IMG/VR virus record: IMGVR_UViG_3300029989_000016
Span: 3,349-67,348 of that record
Source of the DNA: a virus
Strand: one strand, 5' to 3'
DNA: 64,000 nucleotides
The notes below the pieces were generated by a model, which made no database searches, was not told the origin of the DNA, and was given only the letters and a program-made list of their open reading frames with translations. The position numbers were made by a program, and so were the translations under genes. Positions 38,755 to 47,380 of the stretch are shown here, one piece after another (within the stretch, counting starts at the first letter, position 1; each line of letters starts with the position of its first letter).

Positions 38755-38804
38755 TATAATACTTGTATTGGAAGCAAACAACCACTCTGGAGAAATAAAA
38801 AATG
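38755..38804 (+). promoter_or_regulatory. Repeated early promoter/leader element, copy 3
   Basis: TATAATACTTGTATTGGAAGCAAACA...CTGGAGAAATAAAAAATG. Confidence 0.75.
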
Positions 38805-38951
38805 AAATCTTACTTCGTAACCGTGCAAGCCAAACTGTTCACCATCAACCGTAGCGTGATGGCCGATGGCAAAGCAGAGGCGGCATCTAAGGTGGATCAG
38901 GACGGCGCGCTGTGGGTGTCGGTGGAAGAGTCCTGTTTCGATGAGGAATAA
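38802..38951 (+). CDS. 49-aa protein (not in ORF track)
   Basis: MKSYFVTVQAKLFTINRSVMADGKAEAASKVDQDGALWVSVEESCFDEE; GGAG RBS. Confidence 0.7.
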   Translation: MKSYFVTVQAKLFTINRSVMADGKAEAASKVDQDGALWVSVEESCFDEE

Positions 38952-39171
38952 TCAGACGGATAAGGAGCGTGACGCCGCGCTCCTTATAGAACAGGCTTTG
39001 ATAGAAATAGATGCCATAGAGGCCGCAAAGCCAGTAAGCTACGCGGACGACAGCGAGCGTGAGTACTGGCTGAGGCGCAAGCTTACTATGAAGGATGCAA
39101 AGCCAAAGGCGAAACGTGCGGCGATGCTACTGCGCCAAGCGTGGGAAATTCTAGACCCATCGATAAAGTAG
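38941..39171 (+). CDS. Hypothetical protein
   Basis: Start overlaps the end of the previous ORF. Confidence 0.55.
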   Translation: MRNNQTDKERDAALLIEQALIEIDAIEAAKPVSYADDSEREYWLRRKLTMKDAKPKAKRAAMLLRQAWEILDPSIK

Positions 39172-39174
39172 AAC

Positions 39175-39203
39175 ACGCACCGCACGACGGGGATTTTCCA
39201 GTA
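39175..39203 (+). repeat. Repeated hairpin element Q, copy 3 (degenerate)
   Basis: ACGCACCGCACGACGGGGATTTTCCAGTA. Confidence 0.55.
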
Positions 39204-39227
39204 GCAACTAACCAGAAAGGGACTAGA

Positions 39228-39440
39228 ATGATTAATCCAAGGCAAAAGTATCAAGTCCGCTTAGAAAGCGGCGAAGTCATCGTAAGTGCGCAAAGCATGT
39301 GGGGTATCTGCAACTGGCTGGAGACTAACGTTGCTTACGACGACCCGGCACGCGACGAGTACGCCGTACTCAAAGCTAGCGAGGCTATCGAAGGCAAGAC
39401 GGTCTGGACTGTTCGCGCTAATTCGGCGGTGGCAGTATGA
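39228..39440 (+). CDS. Hypothetical protein
   Basis: AGAAAGGGA RBS. Confidence 0.6.
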   Translation: MINPRQKYQVRLESGEVIVSAQSMWGICNWLETNVAYDDPARDEYAVLKASEAIEGKTVWTVRANSAVAV

Positions 39441-39781
39441 AATGCACCTGCCCAGATGGTAAATGCCGGTGCGACGGATGCGACGGCCAATGTGAAAACT
39501 GCTGCATTGACGGATCGAGCGCACCTAAAGCGCCTTACAATCCCATCGACGGGGCGCGAACCCACCGTGAGCGCATGGATCGACACTACGCAATCCGAAA
39601 GCGCCAGGAACTCGTCGCGCAGGCCATCGCGGCAGTAGACCGAAACAAAGAAACTTTCATCGCCCAGTGGATTATCCAGCATCCAGACGAGGATATCGGC
39701 GATTACGCGATGATGCATCAAAACGACTGGTCTGCTGACGGCCATCATGCTGTTAAATTCTGGATTGAAAAGAAAGTCTAA
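39437..39781 (+). CDS. Hypothetical protein with Cys-rich (metallothionein-like) N-terminus
   Basis: MKCTCPDGKCRCDGCDGQCENCC; ATGA overlap. Confidence 0.6.
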   Translation: MKCTCPDGKCRCDGCDGQCENCCIDGSSAPKAPYNPIDGARTHRERMDRHYAIRKRQELVAQAIAAVDRNKETFIAQWIIQHPDEDIGDYAMMHQNDWSADGHHAVKFWIEKKV

Positions 39782-39785
39782 TAAA

Positions 39786-40361
39786 ATGACCAAAGAAAAC
39801 GAAGTGGAAGAAGTTCTGGCGATGTACGCCGTGGCAATCCGTATTATGACGGAAAAGGGTTATGTCGGATGGATGCCGTTCGGGTATGAGTCGTTAAAGG
39901 GCGGGCTGATCGTGACTGGTGGAGTGCCTCGTCCTATCCAGAAAGGCCCGCGCAAAGGTCAGATGACCTGGGACGCGAAAGACTCGTCTAAGTGCGTCGT
40001 TTCGTCGTCCGACTGCGATGCTTACGAACGCGACAGGCGGGCGCATAACGCGTTTAACGCCGTAGCGGTAGGTAAGGGTGGGGCGGCTCTTAAAAGTCGC
40101 ATGCAGCACTTGCAGGCAGCGCTACGGGCTATGCAGGCGGCGCGGGAACTCGCAAAGCTTCCGGAACTGCACGGCATCAAGCTTTATTCAATGCCGCGAG
40201 AAATCACCGAATTGTTCTGCACTGCAAACGCCGAATTTATGGGCATAGCAAAGTCGTTTTGCTTTTCCGAGCGCGATGCGATCCGCGCTTGTGAGCTGTT
40301 CTTTAATAACGGCTCTGCCTCCGAGTCTCCTGTGGCGCATATGTTCGGAAACTCCCGCTAA
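39786..40361 (+). CDS. Hypothetical protein
   Basis: VTGGVPRPIQKGPRKGQMTW motif; ends at a terminator. Confidence 0.65.
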   Translation: MTKENEVEEVLAMYAVAIRIMTEKGYVGWMPFGYESLKGGLIVTGGVPRPIQKGPRKGQMTWDAKDSSKCVVSSSDCDAYERDRRAHNAFNAVAVGKGGAALKSRMQHLQAALRAMQAARELAKLPELHGIKLYSMPREITELFCTANAEFMGIAKSFCFSERDAIRACELFFNNGSASESPVAHMFGNSR

Positions 40362-40375
40362 ACATTACTGAAATA

Positions 40376-40417
40376 ACAAAAGCCCTGTAAATCTATCCAG
40401 ACTTGCAGGGCTTTTGT
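40376..40417. terminator. Bidirectional terminator
   Basis: ACAAAAGCCCTGTAA...TTGCAGGGCTTTTGT between convergent genes. Confidence 0.8.
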
Positions 40418-40438
40418 TCGTCTAGCTATCGAGGCTGG

Positions 40439-40648
40439 CTATTCAGCGGCCTCGATAGCGTCGGCGAGTCGTTTGCGGGCGGCGTCGTCCCACGAAACAA
40501 CTTGCTCCCATTCGGCGGCGGTCAGTTCCGTGCGTCCGTCAGCCTGCACGCGAGCGATAATGGCCGAAACGGCGGTGATCGACTGCGCCAGAGCGGTCAG
40601 CGACGCGGCCATGCGGGCGATTTCGGCGAGGGCGGCAATGACATTCAT
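40439..40648 (-). CDS. Small helical protein, partner of the upstream lipoprotein
   Basis: ATGA overlap with 40645-41010. Confidence 0.65.
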   Translation of the reverse strand: MNVIAALAEIARMAASLTALAQSITAVSAIIARVQADGRTELTAAEWEQVVSWDDAARKRLADAIEAAE

Positions 40649-41010
40649 TTCATCACCCCTTTATCACGCAAAAAGGCTTGCACTTGCAGCAAGGTGTAGG
40701 TCGCTTCGGCCAGTTTTTCCAGGGCCGTCGTCTCTCGCCCGCTGAATTGCGATAATCGGGCGAAGTCCAAGCTGGAACGGGCGGTATCGGTCATCGTCAG
40801 CACTTTTGTGGCGTCTGCCGCGCTGATAATCTTGGACGGCAGGGCGTCGGCGGTCACGCTGCGTACGGCGGTGACGGTGGCATAGCCATACGCCAGTTGC
40901 TGTTCGAAGCCTTGCGCGGGCGTTACCCCGATTTGCGCGCATCCGGTAGCCGCGAGCATGGCAAAACAGGCCATAAGCCCGAACGCAATGCGTTTGATGG
41001 TCTTCATCAT
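40645..41010 (-). CDS. Lipoprotein (possible lysis accessory / spanin-like)
   Basis: GGAG RBS; signal peptide with lipobox ATGC; all-helical mature part. Confidence 0.7.
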   Translation of the reverse strand: MMKTIKRIAFGLMACFAMLAATGCAQIGVTPAQGFEQQLAYGYATVTAVRSVTADALPSKIISAADATKVLTMTDTARSSLDFARLSQFSGRETTALEKLAEATYTLLQVQAFLRDKGVMK

Positions 41011-41049
41011 AGATAGTTACTCCTAAAGTGGTGGGATTTACTACAGGAA

Positions 41050-41128
<79 letters not shown>

Positions 41129-41196
41129 ATCATGGATTGACGACAAGAAGTGAAGAGATTTATATGCGATGTAATCCGCTTCGGCATTCGTCAAAA

Positions 41197-41275
41197 GGTG
41201 CCGGTTACGTTATCCGGCGTCACTTTCGTGACCGTGCAGGGCTTCACCCGCTAAGTGCCGCGCCCTATGTTCGTC
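41197..41275 (-). ncRNA. C4 antisense-like structured RNA
   Basis: Three consecutive hairpins GCGGGTGAAGCCCTGC, GTCAC-GAAA-GTGAC, GCCGGATAACGTAACCGGC, resembling the C4 RNA family as recalled. Confidence 0.55.
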
Positions 41276-41305
41276 GCTGACGATGATGGTGCGCTACAAA
41301 TGCTC

Positions 41306-41382
41306 TGGCCCTCGTGGCGCGGAGTTAAACCGGCGTTGATCGACATTATCCGCCCTTGCGCAAGGAGAGGACTAACACGAGG
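41306..41382 (-). ncRNA. tRNA-like RNA (acceptor stem, T-like arm, CCA; no canonical D or anticodon arm)
   Basis: CCTCGTG/CACGAGG 7-bp stem plus G-CCA; CGG-TTTAACT-CCG. Confidence 0.6.
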
Positions 41383-41388
41383 ATGATC

Positions 41389-41465
41389 TGGTGGGCAATA
41401 AGGGATTCGAACCCCCTGTCACGCGGCATAGAAGACCGCTGTTCTATCCACTGAACTAATCGCCC
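41389..41465 (-). tRNA. tRNA-Arg (TCT)
   Basis: GGGCGAT-TA-GTTC-AGTGGATA-GAAC-A-GCGGT-CTTCTAT-GCCGC...GGGG-TTCGAAT-CCCT...ATTGCCC-ACCA. Confidence 0.88.
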
Positions 41466-41564
41466 ATATTCGGTGCCGCTTACCTTTATGCGGCGACTGG
41501 ATAAGGATTTTAACCCTCATAAAGCCGGTTCCCTATCGATTGGCCGTAAAGGGATGTACGGTTC

Positions 41565-41639
41565 TGGAGCGGGCTGTGAGGTTCGAACTCACGCATGGCG
41601 ACTTGGAAAGACTCAGCCTTACCACTTGGCGAAGCCCGC
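41565..41639 (-). tRNA. tRNA-Gly (TCC) with mismatched anticodon stem
   Basis: GCGGGCT/AGCCCGC-TCCA acceptor, GTGAG-TTCGAAC-CTCAC T arm, loop TTTCCAA, stem GAGTC/GTCGC has A.G and T.T mismatches. Confidence 0.75.
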
Positions 41640-41646
41640 AATAATC

Positions 41647-42008
41647 TGGGCAGGGGTAACGGCACAATAAAACCGCTCATAATTCACTCTAGGCCCATCC
41701 CGCGACAACCTAAAGCCTGCACGAAGAAACTGGGAGGGAATAACTAGCTCTTTGCCAAAGGCGCTCTAGCTTTGTTCTACAATCCACTTCCCCCGATTAT
41801 GGACTGATTCGCCGTTTTTACCGCCTCTTTAGCCCGCTAAGGCCCGCCATAACACGGTGCGGTTTCGTGACTAGGGCTATCCGAATATGCCTTTCGTCAG
41901 TTTGCTCCAGCGCTAGCCGAACAAACTTATTTGAAAATGGTTGAGTGGTTAGTTACTCCACATCGCAGCGACCACGCACTGTATCCTACTATTTTAGACG
42001 ATCAACCA
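41647..42008 (-). ncRNA. Run of four CCA-ended stem-closed RNA modules (41647-41720, 41731-41794, 41800-41901, 41938-42008)
   Basis: End-pairings GCAGG/CCTGC, GGGGAA/TTCCCT, ACTGA/TCAGT, TGGTTGA/TCAACCA, each ending CCA on the minus strand. Confidence 0.45.
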
Positions 42009-42096
42009 TTAGGCAGTTTCTATTTCATTCTAGCTACTCCCGACCGCGCCATGCCGAAGCCGAAAGAAGGATCACAAAATAGAAACTGCCTAATGG
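42006..42096. repeat. 20-bp perfect inverted repeat enclosing a 51-nt loop
   Basis: CCATTAGGCAGTTTCTATTT ... AAATAGAAACTGCCTAATGG. Confidence 0.9.
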
Positions 42097-42156
42097 CACC
42101 GGGGCGTGAATCGAAACACGCTATCCTCTGTAGGCTTACCATCGAACGACTCAGTG
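42094..42156 (-). ncRNA. Truncated tRNA-like RNA
   Basis: GCGTG-TTTCGATT-CACGC T arm, CACTGAG/CCCGGTG acceptor-like stem, CCA end; only about 63 nt. Confidence 0.55.
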
Positions 42157-42473
42157 GCCGCCCTCAATAAACAACGTACAGCGCACAGGCCGTTGTGCTT
42201 TCCCGGTACTGGGTGCCGCTGCTGGGAGTGCGCTTTCGCGTCTCACTGATGCCCGAAGGCAAAGATGCAGCGCCATTTGCTACTCGGACGTTTTACCTTT
42301 GTCAGCACGCCATTTACATCATGCTTTTCAAGTCGTCCGTTTCGATGCTGCGGGTGTTATCCCTAGTCCCTTTCCACGCTAGTCCGAAATGTTCGCAAAT
42401 TGGTGAGAGAGAAAGCCCAATCAGTTGCTACTAAGTCCAGCGGCGTCGTCCGTTTGCTGCACCGACGAGACGA

Positions 42474-42502
42474 ACTATATCGCGCACCCACTACCGAAGC
42501 AA
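42474..42502 (-). promoter_or_regulatory. Sigma70-type promoter for the RNA cluster
   Basis: TTGCTT-N17-TATAGT facing the tRNA/ncRNA array. Confidence 0.65.
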
Positions 42503-42643
42503 TACCCTAGACACCTTATTAGTGAACGACTTGCAGTGTATCGTAATGCGATTTTAAGGCCCGTAGCGCTGTTTGCGTAAAAACCCAGGGCTTACTACCT
42601 CCGTGGGGTCGTTCGCAGCGCGTAGGGGCCGGAAAATCGATTC

Positions 42644-43132
42644 TTAGTGCTTTGCGGACGTATCCGGTGTGCCGGGAACTGCCGCCCCGTGCGATCCGTA
42701 GAAGTCGGCCAGCGAAGTTCCTTTGCGCGACTTGCCAGTTTCGTCAACCACGATAATGCCGCACATAACGTTAAGCTCTTTCAGCGCGTTCAAACGTACA
42801 GATTCTTTGTAGACAGGATTGCGAGTCAGGCACAATAATTCGTGCAGCGACTGCTTTGTATTCCACAAATCCTCGATTGCAATCTCTTTCAAGCGCTGCT
42901 TAAAACCGTTCTGGTAATAAGGCGTCGATTCGATTGCATCAATACGCTTCAAAATGTTCTGGTCTGCGTTGACCTCGCCGAATACGCGACGCAAGGCGAT
43001 GGACGCGTGGTAGCCGCGTACTCTGTGATCGATATAAAGATCGTAGTCCGCTTTGTGTTGCTCGATGAATTTATCATCTTCGAACTTCTCATACATAATC
43101 GGGAAATTCGACTTGCGTAATGGCTCTGTCAT
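42644..43132 (-). CDS. Probable terminase small subunit
   Basis: CAGGAG RBS; helical 162 aa with ESVRLNALKELN, a TerS-like oligomerisation motif; next to AT-rich element B. Confidence 0.5.
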   Translation of the reverse strand: MTEPLRKSNFPIMYEKFEDDKFIEQHKADYDLYIDHRVRGYHASIALRRVFGEVNADQNILKRIDAIESTPYYQNGFKQRLKEIAIEDLWNTKQSLHELLCLTRNPVYKESVRLNALKELNVMCGIIVVDETGKSRKGTSLADFYGSHGAAVPGTPDTSAKH

Positions 43133-43279
43133 AATATGCTCCTGTTGCTTTATTCCGTTTGGCCTCTGTGGCGCTGTGTTGCGATTATATCTAATGCATG
43201 CTACTCAGGGTAAATATTATGTTAATTTCGTGCTGCTTTATGTCCTCTTGACGCCGCGCCGCGATAACCTAGAATAGTG

Positions 43280-44050
43280 CTGCTTTATTGCTGGTTCTGA
43301 TGATTTGATTATGTCCGAAATTGCGGATATTTTACTGTGGCTGCTGCCGCGCATATTGCTTGTTTCCGCTCGTAAGTCGTTGATTCTAAAGCGAAAAGTT
43401 TTTTGTGGTTGCCGCGAGTAATTGCGAAATGATGCCGAATATATCGGATTCTTCTGGCTTTACGAAAACAGATATATTTTCCGGTATTGCCGCAAGTCGT
43501 TGTTTTTGCAGTCTTAATTTACTTCTTTTATCTGTATTTATCTAAATATCTAATTTAATAGAATATAGATATAAGTATATAGGTATTGTCCTATGCCCTC
43601 TCAGACCTTTATGCTAAATTAGTTATTTGCGATTTCAGCGGCTAAATACACTAAATTTCTCTTTAAATACAACTACTTAACAGTTAATGCGAATTATTTC
43701 TGACCTTAAAATAAACGGATATTTCCGCTACGAAAAACGATATTTACCGAATTTTCACCAGTTTTCGCGGCCCTAAATATTTTCCTCTTTAAATACAACA
43801 ACTTACGCGGCACGCGAAAAACAGATAAAACGGATATTATCCAGCTTTCGCTTTAAATACAAGGACTTGCGCCACAACCCTAGGCGACATAAACTCGACA
43901 TAATTCCTGCAAACACGACACTAAAACAACCCACTTCCATTCATAATCCGCCACTCACGACTCTACCTCATTTCGCCAGCGGCCTGACTCATAAACAGAA
44001 CACTTTAAACGCAAGAAAGGACGGCTCAGAAACTTAGTAAAAAGTCACCG
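43280..44050. promoter_or_regulatory. AT-rich non-coding element B with five IHF-like sites (putative replication origin or pac region)
   Basis: TAAGTCGTTGATT (43373), CAAGTCGTTGTTT (43493) and three inverted TTTAAATACAA...ACTTR copies (about 43663, 43788, 43852) flank a very AT-rich core; downstream of primase and helicase. Confidence 0.7.
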
Positions 44051-44102
44051 AACCGCCCGCAAAACTTATCAAATCTCTAACGTTTTAATGTTCTATTCGG
44101 CA

Positions 44103-46184
44103 TCAAAATCCAGCCCCTTCGCTCGCTCCGTTACGCGCATTCCCCTTGCCACCGGTACGCGTAACCCGCGTAATGTCCTCGTCTTCGGTCGAATCTGCGG
44201 CAATTACGCGGCCCATATATTCAACGTCGTCCATCACGCCCTCAAACATATAGCCCTTATATCCGTCCATCTGCTCCGGTTTCGCCCCCATAGCCAGCAT
44301 GCGAACCTTAAGCCGGTTATCCATCACCCGATGCCCGCGAGACAGATCAGTAATGCGTGAGCTAATATCGCCCGTCTTAACGAAAGCGCCTTTCTTCACG
44401 CGACGGTTATAGAACATAACCTCGATACTCATAAGCGCCTCGGTGAGATAATTCTCCAGGGCCTGATCTCGCGGCGTACCACGGTTGTTGTTCATTTCGG
44501 TAAGGTTGAAAGCCGCAACCTCTTTCACCACCTCTCCGACGAACTTATTGTATCCAGACATTCCGTCGTTAGCGTGCAACCACTCACGGCACTCTGCCAT
44601 AATCTGCCACAGGTCGTCAACGAACCCCGTAAAGTCTGCGCTGTATGTTTCCGCCGCCGACTCCTTACCGTTCGCGTCAATATGCTGGCCCACCAGCATG
44701 GGATAGAAACGACGATTACCAGTTTCGTCCCTTTGCAAGCCTTCGTAACGATTGCCGTCCATCACGGTTATCCACTGCCGCTGCTGGTCGTAATGGCCCT
44801 CAAATTTCTGGTGCATCTTGTCGCTGGTCAGCGTCATGAAGGACTTGACCTTATTCATATCGGCTGTATTAAAACCAGTCATTTCGCCGATATTAGCGAT
44901 GATCGATGTGCCGGTAATATCGCGCAAGAACTTAATCGGATCGACGCCCAGGTCCAGCTGCACGGCATCCGCATTTTGATCGCTCATAAGGGTGCGGCAT
45001 ATCAGCTTCGACATATACGACTTACCTGCGTCCTGCGGCCCGAACAGAGACAGTGCAATGGGTGCCATGCAGCCTGGATGCATAATACGAGCATAAAGCG
45101 ACAACCAGAAATACTGCCCGAACTTCTTGTTTAAGTCCGTCTTGAACGTGCTGAAAAGGTTAATCAACTTGTGCTGGGCGCGTCGCTTTCCGTCCCATTC
45201 CGGTAACTGCCGTTCGAAGCTGATGATAAGGTCGTTTTGCTTGCGACCCAAAGACCACTCACGAAGTGATGCCTTAAGGTCGCGTACCGATTGCGACTTA
45301 AGCCCGGCAGCGCCCGACGCCGTAAGAATTTCGATCATATTGTAATGGTCGTCAATAATTACCTTGTTGTGATCCACCATGCGCCCGCTGAATAAATCGA
45401 TGTGCGGTCGGTCTTCTCCGTCGCCGAAAATCATATCGAAAAATGCCATACGATTGGAGTCGCATGATACTGGCTGGGATATCGTCATATCGCCGACTCG
45501 AATAAATTTTTCTTCGGCCCACTTAAACGGCATGGCATTAGAAAGTGCCTTTGCTCGCTTTACCAGATTAGGCTCTAAGCGTATTTCGTCCGCAAGTTCC
45601 TCGTCAGCACTGCGGCGAACCGACAGGCTAGATACGGCGCGCACCGATAACGTTTGCGCGGCCTGCATATCTTCCGACACTTCCGCTTCGCCCCACTTTG
45701 GCATCGAATACTCTACGTCCACGTCGTCCTTCGGCAGCATAGGGGCGACTGTCATGCGACGCTCGCGCCATTCCGAAACCGAAGCCGAGACTTCCGCCTC
45801 ACGCTGCTCGCGTGCCACTTCCTTTTCTTGCTCTGCCTTTGCCACTTCCGCGTCTGCCGCATCTTTCAATTGCTGCGCGAGTGCGTCAGCATCTGCCGTC
45901 TTCGCCTTGACTCGTGCTAATTGCCGCGCTGCCACGTCCTGCGCTACCGCCGCGACGTTTTCGGGCGTCGGCTCTACGAAGGGAACCCCTCTTTGCTCTG
46001 CGACGAGCCTGGAGCGTTCTAGCGCCTTTGCCGCCTTCGCCTCTTTCTTAAGGCGGGCTATTTCTTTTGCCTCTTCCTTCACTGCCGCGCTTGATGCTTT
46101 AATCTGGGCAGGCGTTAATACGTCTTCCGCCTTCGTTGCTTCGTCGTCCCATGGGAGTCCGCCGCCTGTTTTACTATCGGTCAT
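44103..46184 (-). CDS. VapE-like replicative helicase/ATPase
   Basis: LPEWDG..R, PGC, Walker A GPQDAGKS, DETGNRRFYP; N-terminal coiled coil. Confidence 0.85.
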   Translation of the reverse strand: MTDSKTGGGLPWDDEATKAEDVLTPAQIKASSAAVKEEAKEIARLKKEAKAAKALERSRLVAEQRGVPFVEPTPENVAAVAQDVAARQLARVKAKTADADALAQQLKDAADAEVAKAEQEKEVAREQREAEVSASVSEWRERRMTVAPMLPKDDVDVEYSMPKWGEAEVSEDMQAAQTLSVRAVSSLSVRRSADEELADEIRLEPNLVKRAKALSNAMPFKWAEEKFIRVGDMTISQPVSCDSNRMAFFDMIFGDGEDRPHIDLFSGRMVDHNKVIIDDHYNMIEILTASGAAGLKSQSVRDLKASLREWSLGRKQNDLIISFERQLPEWDGKRRAQHKLINLFSTFKTDLNKKFGQYFWLSLYARIMHPGCMAPIALSLFGPQDAGKSYMSKLICRTLMSDQNADAVQLDLGVDPIKFLRDITGTSIIANIGEMTGFNTADMNKVKSFMTLTSDKMHQKFEGHYDQQRQWITVMDGNRYEGLQRDETGNRRFYPMLVGQHIDANGKESAAETYSADFTGFVDDLWQIMAECREWLHANDGMSGYNKFVGEVVKEVAAFNLTEMNNNRGTPRDQALENYLTEALMSIEVMFYNRRVKKGAFVKTGDISSRITDLSRGHRVMDNRLKVRMLAMGAKPEQMDGYKGYMFEGVMDDVEYMGRVIAADSTEDEDITRVTRTGGKGNARNGASEGAGF

Positions 46185-46258
46185 GGAATGTTTCCTTATC
46201 GTTTTCTTCGTACATTACTAGTGTTTTGTTATGCCTACCGCACGGAAACGGCGCGGGG

Positions 46259-47380
46259 TTAGTATTCTCCGTTAATTCGCTCTAAATCTGCAACTATTTT
46301 ATTAATTACTATTTCGTCAATGAACGTATTCCACGTTCGGCGATGCAGTTTGCGGCAGGTATCGTGACCGCAACCGAATACGAATTCGACTTCAGCGCCG
46401 GGGATAGGGCCGCGAAAGTATGCGCCGCTCGGATCGCCGTTGGCATGCTCGTGACCCCATGGGCAGGCGATGCGGAATTTGCCCGACATATTCATGACGA
46501 CTTCGCCGTTACTGCCTTCGCCCTGCTGCGCTTTATTGAGGATGCGTTCGGCCATAGTGAGCCATAAGGCGTCGAAAGTGTACGCTTCGGCGTCTATCTC
46601 ATAAATCCGTTTCTGCGGCACGACGATAGGGAACGTAAAGGCGCGGGCAATCTCGTCCATGGAGTATCGGCGGCGGTAGTCTGCGTCCCGGATTTGAACC
46701 TGATACGGTACTGCGTTTCCTTTGCCGTCCAGTACCGGGTATTTATAGGCGTTATTGGGGCCGTGGCGCTTGTTGTTGATGCCGATTGGCATTCTGCCGT
46801 AGCGGGATACGTCTTTGATGGTGCTGTCGCCGCCCTTTTTGAGAACTGCGCTGACGAAGCACGACAAGAAGGCTTTGAAGCGTTGCATATCCGGCTCAGG
46901 GATATCGAAGAAATACCAGAGTTGGTAATTTCCGGGGCTGGTCTCCACAGTCGCGGTAGGCTTAAGGATATCGTACATATGCTGTACGCTGATATCGCCC
47001 TTGCTGCCGGTTCCGCTTCCGATATCGTCCACCATTAAGGCGAGGCCATGGCCGAAAGACATTTCGCCGCGCCAGTAGCGCATCGTTCCAGTTCGCGGGT
47101 TCGGCGTTTTAATGCTGCTGCTGATGCAGGCATAGCAGTTCGCGGCGTCGTTGATGTACTTCCCTTCTGCCCACGGAGTCGGCCACCATCCGCCGTTGAT
47201 TTTCTTGCCGTCCGAGTCCGTTTGTACGGTCGCCTCGTCGGCATATCCTGCCATAACACGCTCGTTCTCCGGGATTCCGTTGTGTAACTGGATCAGGAAT
47301 TCTTCGCACTTTGCCATGCGTGCGGCTTTGATTACTTGCGGCGATACTTGCGCCGTTTTTACTTCGCTACTGGTAGTCAT
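46259..47380 (-). CDS. RepB-type DNA primase (AEP superfamily) with C-terminal Zn site
   Basis: LMVDDIG, PT..VETSPGNYQLWY, RYGRMP.G.N.K, CPW..EH...F.C.H..C. Confidence 0.88.
   Translation of the reverse strand: MTTSSEVKTAQVSPQVIKAARMAKCEEFLIQLHNGIPENERVMAGYADEATVQTDSDGKKINGGWWPTPWAEGKYINDAANCYACISSSIKTPNPRTGTMRYWRGEMSFGHGLALMVDDIGSGTGSKGDISVQHMYDILKPTATVETSPGNYQLWYFFDIPEPDMQRFKAFLSCFVSAVLKKGGDSTIKDVSRYGRMPIGINNKRHGPNNAYKYPVLDGKGNAVPYQVQIRDADYRRRYSMDEIARAFTFPIVVPQKRIYEIDAEAYTFDALWLTMAERILNKAQQGEGSNGEVVMNMSGKFRIACPWGHEHANGDPSGAYFRGPIPGAEVEFVFGCGHDTCRKLHRRTWNTFIDEIVINKIVADLERINGEY

Noticed and set aside
28074-38804. CRISPR-like array from the 26-nt repeats
   Set aside because: Copies are far apart with irregular spacing, contain -10 boxes and precede genes; no cas genes
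41389-41465. Amber suppressor tRNA (CTA in the loop) and genome recoding
   Set aside because: The 7-nt loop CTTCTAT centres on TCT, and conserved genes are intact in the standard code
41800-41901. Possible hammerhead ribozyme (CTGACGA ... GAAAC on the minus strand)
   Set aside because: Stem II cannot close (A opposite C) and there is no UH cleavage site after stem III (GCGG-GCC)
41473-42434. + strand ORFs 41473-41670, 41931-42170 and 42195-42434
   Set aside because: Antisense to the tRNA/ncRNA array, weak starts, no protein-like features
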